From positions 525,845 through 589,844 of the forward strand of contig OZ244203.1 of assembly GCA_965216705.1 (NCBI GenBank): a DNA stretch of 64,000 nucleotides, in the 5' to 3' direction. This DNA comes from Verrucomicrobiales bacterium. Its GTDB lineage: Bacteria; Verrucomicrobiota; Verrucomicrobiia; Verrucomicrobiales; DEV007. Each line of letters opens with the position of its first letter. Position 1 is the stretch's first letter. This document shows, piece by piece, positions 58,601 through 64,000 of the stretch. The notes beneath the pieces were generated by a model. The model was not told the DNA's origin. It searched no databases and saw only the letters and a program-made list of their open reading frames with translations. A program made the translations under genes and the position numbers.

Positions 58601-60010
58601 TCAGTAACTCCGGCGCATGTGACTGGGGAGAATATTGAGTTCCTCCCGATACTTCGCCACGGTGCGTCGTGCGATCTTGATTCCCTTTTTGCCCAGCTCT
58701 TCTACGATCTTCTGATCACTGAAGGGCTTCTTCGGGTCCTCATCCGCCACGAGGTCAGCCAGCGATTGCTTCACGCTGGTATTACTCATCGACTCTCCAT
58801 CCTCCGTTTCGTATCCGGTGGTGAAGAAATACTTCATTTCGAATACCCCGTGGGGCGTCGACATGTATTTGCCTGAGACGGCGCGACTCACTGTGGTTTC
58901 GTGAACGCCAACCTCCTCGGCCACCTGGGCCATGTTCATCGGCTTGAGTTTGGAGGGCCCGTAGTCGAGAAACTCCTGCTGTCGCTTCACGATCTCCGTC
59001 GCGATCGACTGGATGGTCTGCTGGCGCTGATGGATGCTCTTAATGAGAAACTTTCCGGCGCGGATCTTGTCACGAATATAGGAACGCGCTTCGCGACCGT
59101 CACCGCTCGCCATGAGATCTTTGTAAGCGTTGCTGATTCGCAGGCGCGGAACTTGCTCGTTGTTCATCGTCACGACCCATTCGCCACCGATTCGTTCCAC
59201 GGTCACATCCGGACTGACATAGGTGTTAGTATCTCCGCCAAACTTGCTTCCCGGACGCGGATCCAAAGTCGCGATAAATTCCGCCGCTTTGGTGATCTGC
59301 TCAGGCGCCACGCTGAGGCGCTTCGCAATCTGCGGATATCGCTTCCGGGCCAGATCATCGAGGTGATGATCCACCACGCGATATTCAAGGCTGTGATGTT
59401 TCCCAAGACGCTCCAACTGGATCAGCAGGCATTCCCGAAGATCCACCGCCCCGACTCCAACCGGATCAAACCCCTGGATGATGTCACGGGCATCAGTTAG
59501 ATCATCGTAGGGAATTCCCATGTCGAAGCTCATGTCTTCGAGGTCGACCTGGAGAAATCCGTTCTCGTCAATATTACCGATCAGCGTCGCTGCCAGCTCC
59601 CGTTCCTCGCCGGAGACATCTGAAGTACTGAGCTGATTGAGGAGATGCTCCTGAAGCGTGATCGGCTCGACGATGGAATCCATGACGAACTGATGCTTCT
59701 CATCCGCATCGTCACGGCGGGGCGCCGACATGCGGGACTGGGCCATGTATTCGCGCCACTCCTCGTCAAGCTGGGACAGCTCAGCGAATTCTTTTTCAAA
59801 ATCATCGTCCTCCGACGGAGAACTGGCCTCTTCGAGTGAAACCTCAGTCGATTCCTCCTCCAGAGTGGGGTTTTCCACCATCTCCTGCTGAACCAGATGG
59901 CGCAGTTCCAGGGTAGGAGTCTGCAGCAATTGCAAACTTTGCTGCATCTGTGGCGCAATAGTCTGCTGCTGCTGAAGGGACTGAAACTGGTCAAATCGCT
60001 GTTCGGCCAT
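58601..60010 (-). CDS. rpoN: RNA polymerase sigma-54 factor
   Basis: Gln-rich region I (QMQQSLQLLQ), DPVGVGA.DLRECL, VHETTVSRAV, RpoN box ARRTVAKYRE. Confidence 0.97.
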   Translation of the reverse strand: MAEQRFDQFQSLQQQQTIAPQMQQSLQLLQTPTLELRHLVQQEMVENPTLEEESTEVSLEEASSPSEDDDFEKEFAELSQLDEEWREYMAQSRMSAPRRDDADEKHQFVMDSIVEPITLQEHLLNQLSTSDVSGEERELAATLIGNIDENGFLQVDLEDMSFDMGIPYDDLTDARDIIQGFDPVGVGAVDLRECLLIQLERLGKHHSLEYRVVDHHLDDLARKRYPQIAKRLSVAPEQITKAAEFIATLDPRPGSKFGGDTNTYVSPDVTVERIGGEWVVTMNNEQVPRLRISNAYKDLMASGDGREARSYIRDKIRAGKFLIKSIHQRQQTIQSIATEIVKRQQEFLDYGPSKLKPMNMAQVAEEVGVHETTVSRAVSGKYMSTPHGVFEMKYFFTTGYETEDGESMSNTSVKQSLADLVADEDPKKPFSDQKIVEELGKKGIKIARRTVAKYREELNILPSHMRRSY

Positions 60011-60050
60011 ACTAGGTGACCCGGCTTACGGAGGGATACTGGCCGACCTT

Positions 60051-60067
60051 AGCATGTTTCGAGCCAC
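60051..60067 (-). promoter_or_regulatory. Sigma54-type -24/-12 site upstream of rpoN
   Basis: Minus strand GTGGCTCGAAACATGCT = GG-N10-GC, two mismatches to TGGCACG-N4-TTGC, 40 bp upstream of the ATG. Confidence 0.55.
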
Positions 60068-60186
60068 TCGTTTCAACTTTTTCAAAAAAAACTTACCGAT
60101 TTGCGTTCCCTGCTTTCACTCTCACGCACTAGCGATTCTCGCAGCCATATGTATCCCTCATAAAAATTTAAAATTAATACGCTTGC

Positions 60187-60207
60187 TTATTATGATTTTT
60201 ATAATAA
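60187..60207. promoter_or_regulatory. AT-rich inverted repeat TTATTAT-N7-ATAATAA
   Basis: Perfect 7-bp arms inside a very AT-rich patch (about 60150-60230) between rpoN and the polysaccharide export genes. Confidence 0.4.
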
Positions 60208-60230
60208 ATTCCGATAATTGACATTTAAGA

Positions 60231-61334
60231 ATGGTGAAATATCACGCCATGTTCCGCTTCATTTCTATCTTCGTGTTCGCAGTTTTTCTGTGCCTCAACC
60301 TGCAGGCTCAGGACCAGCGTTTGCGCGGTAGAAACCTCATCAATCAGCCTTCTGATTATTGGGAAAATCTGTCTCCAATCGAGGACCCTTCAGCCTCCCC
60401 TACTCCGGCGACAATCCCGGCGAAGATAGATCGCCCGCGCATCTCCGGAACCGGCATTCCCGCCTGGCAAACCCGCTATACCCTCGGGCCCGGCGATACA
60501 TTGAATTTTTCGGTCTACGATCGCCCTGACCTGAGCCGCGAAAACGTCCAGATCGCTCCGGACGGGACCGTCAGCTTTCTTCAGGCAGTGGCGGTGCAGG
60601 CGAACGGACTCACTCCGGATGAACTTCGCGACCGTATTGAGCAGGAACTCTCTATCTTCCAGAACAACGTAAAAGTGATCATCTCCCCCTCCGACGTTGC
60701 GAGTAAGGAGTTCTCCATCATCGGCCGCGTTCGCAGCCCCGGAAGCTACACCCTTGATCGGCCGACCTCCATTCTTGAAGCGATCTCCCTGGCCCAGGGG
60801 ATCGAAACCAACACCGTCCGCGGCTCCGCGTTCGAACTCGCTGACTTTGAGCGTTCTTTCGTCGCCCGCAACGGTCGCAAGCTCGATGTCGACCTCGCCA
60901 GCCTCTATTACCGCGGCGACCTCAGCCAGAACGCTTATCTGGAGCCTGACGATTACATCTACGTTGCCTCGAACCTGAAGAACGAGATCTACGTCCTCGG
61001 AGCGGTGGCCCGCCCGGGTCGTTTCAAGATGCCGGTGCGCCTCACGGTAGCTCAGGCCATTGCCGAAGCCGGCGGCTTTGACCGCTACGCCTACCGGATC
61101 AAAGTGCTCGTGATCCGTGGCAGCATCCATGAGCCCGAAACTCACATCGTCAATATTAAGGACATCCTCGCCGGACGCACCAAGGACATCACGCTTGAGA
61201 ATCGCGATATTGTTTTCGTTAACGAACGTCCTTTCGAACTGGTCGAGCGCGCCCTCGACAGCGCCATCTTTGCCTTCCTCCAGACCGTCACCACCGAGAG
61301 CATCGTGAACAACTACGTGCCATTGACTGACTGA
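60231..61334 (+). CDS. Polysaccharide biosynthesis/export (Wza-like, SLBB) protein 1
   Basis: YTLGPGDTL, IAPDGTVSF, IIGRVRSPG, YVLGAVARPG, AIAEAGG; Sec-type signal; start may be 60249. Confidence 0.88.
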   Translation: MVKYHAMFRFISIFVFAVFLCLNLQAQDQRLRGRNLINQPSDYWENLSPIEDPSASPTPATIPAKIDRPRISGTGIPAWQTRYTLGPGDTLNFSVYDRPDLSRENVQIAPDGTVSFLQAVAVQANGLTPDELRDRIEQELSIFQNNVKVIISPSDVASKEFSIIGRVRSPGSYTLDRPTSILEAISLAQGIETNTVRGSAFELADFERSFVARNGRKLDVDLASLYYRGDLSQNAYLEPDDYIYVASNLKNEIYVLGAVARPGRFKMPVRLTVAQAIAEAGGFDRYAYRIKVLVIRGSIHEPETHIVNIKDILAGRTKDITLENRDIVFVNERPFELVERALDSAIFAFLQTVTTESIVNNYVPLTD

Positions 61335-61355
61335 TCCGCCGTTTTCCGATTTCTC

Positions 61356-62507
61356 ATGAAATTTCGTCCTGTCATCCTCTTTCAACTTGGCCTGCTACTG
61401 CTGGCTGCAGGAATGACCAGCTGCGTCCAGACCTGGCCGGCTGATCGTGAGTTTCAAACCCATGCCGCGCTCTATGCCGAGGATCAGGAAGTCATCGATG
61501 ATACCCTGACCGTCGATGAAGCAATCAACCGCATCCCGGCCGAGCCTGATTTCCAGCAGCTCCACTTCGACAAGACGATCGACCCGGCCTGTCTCCGAAA
61601 ACCTTCCGGATCCTATCAGGTGGGCCCTGGCGACACCCTTGATATTGAAGTGGCCGAACTCGCTGACACACGCAGAACCACCCGGGTCCTCCCCGACGGA
61701 ATGCTCTACTATGACGTTGCCGACGGCGTCAACGTAAAGGGCATGACGATTACCGAAATTTCCAATGCTCTCTCCGAGCAGCTCGTCGATGACTACGTCA
61801 ATCCGATTGTCTCGGTAAATGTGGCAAACGCCGACAGCCAGCGCTTCTGGCTACTGGGCCAGGTCCGCACCCCGGGCGCCTTCCCCATCCAGAAACCGAC
61901 CACCGTGATCGATGCAATTTCCCAGGGTGGTGGCTTGCTTTCCTACGACCAGAACAACGAAGTCGGCAACCCTGAGGCAGCCGACCTGAGACGCTCCATC
62001 CTTATCCGCAACGGCGACCTCGTCCCGGTTGATTTCGATGCCCTCATTCGCAACGGCGACATGTCCCAGAATGTCTATATCCAGCCGGGCGACTACCTCT
62101 TTATCCCCTCCCTCACCTCACGCTCAATCTATGTGCTTGGCGAGGTCATCACCCCGGGACCGGTTTTCTATGAAGAAGGCGCCACCCTGCTGACCGCGGT
62201 GGCTTCTGCCGGCGGCGTCGACAAGGATGCCGTCAAATCCAAGGCACTCATTCTGCGGGGCGGCACCCACGACCCACAGGTCGCTGTCGTAAATATCGAT
62301 GCCGTCATGAGAGGCAAGGAACCCGACTTGTTGCTTGAAGGCGGCGACATCGTCTGGGTGCCGCGCACCGCGTGGACCAAGCTCAAGGAATACACCGAAG
62401 CCGTCCTCATCACTGCCGGCCAGGCCGTGGCGATCCAGGAGGGCATCACCGTGGCCGGAGGAGACGGCCGCACCGGCGTTGCCATTACTGCCGGCGGTGG
62501 AAACTAA
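61356..62507 (+). CDS. Polysaccharide biosynthesis/export (Wza-like, SLBB) lipoprotein 2
   Basis: Lipobox MTSC; YQVGPGDTL, VLPDGML, LLGQVRTPG, VLGEVITPG, GGDIVWVP. Confidence 0.88.
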   Translation: MKFRPVILFQLGLLLLAAGMTSCVQTWPADREFQTHAALYAEDQEVIDDTLTVDEAINRIPAEPDFQQLHFDKTIDPACLRKPSGSYQVGPGDTLDIEVAELADTRRTTRVLPDGMLYYDVADGVNVKGMTITEISNALSEQLVDDYVNPIVSVNVANADSQRFWLLGQVRTPGAFPIQKPTTVIDAISQGGGLLSYDQNNEVGNPEAADLRRSILIRNGDLVPVDFDALIRNGDMSQNVYIQPGDYLFIPSLTSRSIYVLGEVITPGPVFYEEGATLLTAVASAGGVDKDAVKSKALILRGGTHDPQVAVVNIDAVMRGKEPDLLLEGGDIVWVPRTAWTKLKEYTEAVLITAGQAVAIQEGITVAGGDGRTGVAITAGGGN

Positions 62508-62587
62508 CTTTCCCCCAACACACTCGCCGATACCGGGATGCTGAGTCCGATACCCCTCACGGACTCAGCATTCGGTTCGGCCAAGTT

Positions 62588-63601
62588 CTACATATTGTCG
62601 CCGTCAAGCATGCGGCCAATACCGCCGAGCAGGCTTCCCTCTCCTTTATCAGATCCGCCGGCCGAGGGCGCATATCGCAGGACCCGGTCTGCCAGTCGTG
62701 AAAACGGCAGACTCTGCAGCCACACTTTTCCGTGTCCTGACAAAGTCGCCAGATACATCCCCTCTCCTCCGAAGAACATCGACTTCAGGTTACCGGCGCG
62801 CTCAATGTCGTAAGATATTCCGGGGCCAAAAGCGGCAAGACAGCCGGTGTCCACACGCAGGGTCTCGCCATTGAGTTCCTTTTCAATAATCGTGCCGCCG
62901 GCATGGAAAAACACTTTCCCGTCGCCGAGCAGTTTCTGGAGAACGAACCCCTCGCCCCCAAAGAATCCCCTGCCCAACTTCATGCTGAAATCGATGGTGA
63001 CCTCGGTTCCTTTCGCGGCGCAAAGGAAGGCATCCTTCTGACAAATCAGCTGTCCCCCCAGGGCTGCCAGATCGACCGGAATAATCTTACCCGGATAAGG
63101 AGAGGCAAAGGCCGCCCGGCGCTTCCCGGTAGAACCGCCGTGGGTAAAGTGTGTCATAAAGATCGACTCACCGGTGAGAGCCCGCTTACCGACAGCGAGC
63201 AGTTTGCCCATCATGCCTTCATTGGGCGTGCTGCCGTCCCCCATCTTAGCTTCAAAAACTATTTCCGGTTCGACGTAATTCATCGCACCTGCCTCAGCGA
63301 TCACGGTTTCGCCAGGATCGAGCTCGATCTCAACAATCTGCATGTCGTCTCCGAAAATTTCGTAGTCGATTTCGTGAGAGCGTTGCCCCATCGCCGGAGG
63401 CGCAGACGGTGTGGGGGGAGGAGACGCAGCTCCTCCAAAGAGCTGAGGCAGGGTTTCTCCTGCAGTCGCCCAGTCAGCCATCCCGTTGGTCCAGACTTTC
63501 GTCTGCGGAGTGATGGTTCCATTTGCGACCAGGGTGGGGAGATCAGACTCGGGTGCCTGGTTCTGATTGTCAGCGGAATTTGCGTAATGCCAGTTGTTCA
63601 T
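62588..63601 (-). CDS. GYF_2 (DUF4339) domain fused to AIM24/TIGR00266 family protein
   Basis: N-terminal WHY...L...[16 protein letters not shown]; then [52 protein letters not shown]. Confidence 0.9.
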   Translation of the reverse strand: MNNWHYANSADNQNQAPESDLPTLVANGTITPQTKVWTNGMADWATAGETLPQLFGGAASPPPTPSAPPAMGQRSHEIDYEIFGDDMQIVEIELDPGETVIAEAGAMNYVEPEIVFEAKMGDGSTPNEGMMGKLLAVGKRALTGESIFMTHFTHGGSTGKRRAAFASPYPGKIIPVDLAALGGQLICQKDAFLCAAKGTEVTIDFSMKLGRGFFGGEGFVLQKLLGDGKVFFHAGGTIIEKELNGETLRVDTGCLAAFGPGISYDIERAGNLKSMFFGGEGMYLATLSGHGKVWLQSLPFSRLADRVLRYAPSAGGSDKGEGSLLGGIGRMLDGDNM

Positions 63602-63752
63602 GGGGATATCAATTGAGGCTATAGGGAATAGCATGGGGGTCAACGCATGAAGAATTACAAATTCGCATCCCGTCTGTAATCGGGCCTTCCCCTCTTTCAC
63701 GCCCATTTCTGCATTGCAAGGCGGGCCGCTCTGGCAAACACTACCGTGCCGT

Positions 63753-64000
63753 ATGATTCGCCAATCGAAGGACAGGACCCAACAGGGTTACTTCAAGCAC
63801 CTAACCCTGTTAGGTCCTGTTCTCGGCCTTACGCTTCTTTTCACAGCTGGTGGATGCGGCAGGGAGTCCAAGGTCGACATTGCGACCCGCGAGAAAATTC
63901 TCATTATGGGCAATGGGGCCGAACCTAAGGCTCTCGATCCGCACATCGTGTCCTCGGTGGGTGACTCCAACATTCTCCGCGCCTTGTTTGAAGGCCTGGT
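63753..64000 (+). CDS. Peptide ABC transporter substrate-binding lipoprotein (3' truncated by window edge)
   Basis: Hand translation: MIRQ...LLFTAGGC (lipobox)...[30 protein letters not shown], a typical OppA N-terminus. Confidence 0.85.
   Translation, partial: MIRQSKDRTQQGYFKHLTLLGPVLGLTLLFTAGGCGRESKVDIATREKILIMGNGAEPKALDPHIVSSVGDSNILRALFEGL

Noticed and set aside
63720-63750. TGGCAAAC...GC sigma54-like string before the terminal oppA
   Set aside because: The GG-to-GC spacing is not 10 nt.
1-64000. tRNA, rRNA, IS/transposase, prophage and defence genes
   Set aside because: None recognised by eye; a covariance-model or HMM scan would be needed to exclude small ncRNAs.

Overview
Gene-dense bacterial chromosomal window with about 55 CDS. 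Gene content suggests Verrucomicrobiota or a related PVC organism (inference from PVC-type heme/dehydrogenase proteins, DUF1800/DUF1501, DUF1080, five Cys-type sulfatases and a PVC-type PQQ-like propeller). I saw no rRNA, tRNA, CRISPR array or IS element. Main blocks from start to end: a split PVC-type dehydrogenase/cytochrome c pair; DUF1800-DUF1501; sulfatases; a sigma54-type promoter ahead of a circularly permuted ATP-grasp/alpha-E/transglutaminase operon; a 10-kb minus-strand sugar and amino-sugar catabolic cluster; MscS; an ankyrin-containing OpgC-like acyltransferase; a sulfatase/phosphatase/AraC/DUF2092 module; two Zn alcohol dehydrogenases; bfd-bfr; mrp; an Opp-like ABC operon; rpoN; two tandem Wza-like proteins; GYF_2-AIM24; and the start of a second OppA. 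Strongest oddities: (1) an Opp-type ABC system whose only ATPase has lost all catalytic motifs; (2) a heme-type bacterioferritin lacking two ferroxidase ligands, paired with a Bfd that has an extra Cys-rich tail; (3) a NagB with a dead deacetylase domain beside a stand-alone PIG-L enzyme, Gfo oxidoreductase, ROK and DUF1080; (4) a polyQ-tailed alpha-E protein next to its transglutaminase; (5) a sigma54 site upstream of rpoN itself. Family assignments come from motif recognition by eye, not from database searches.
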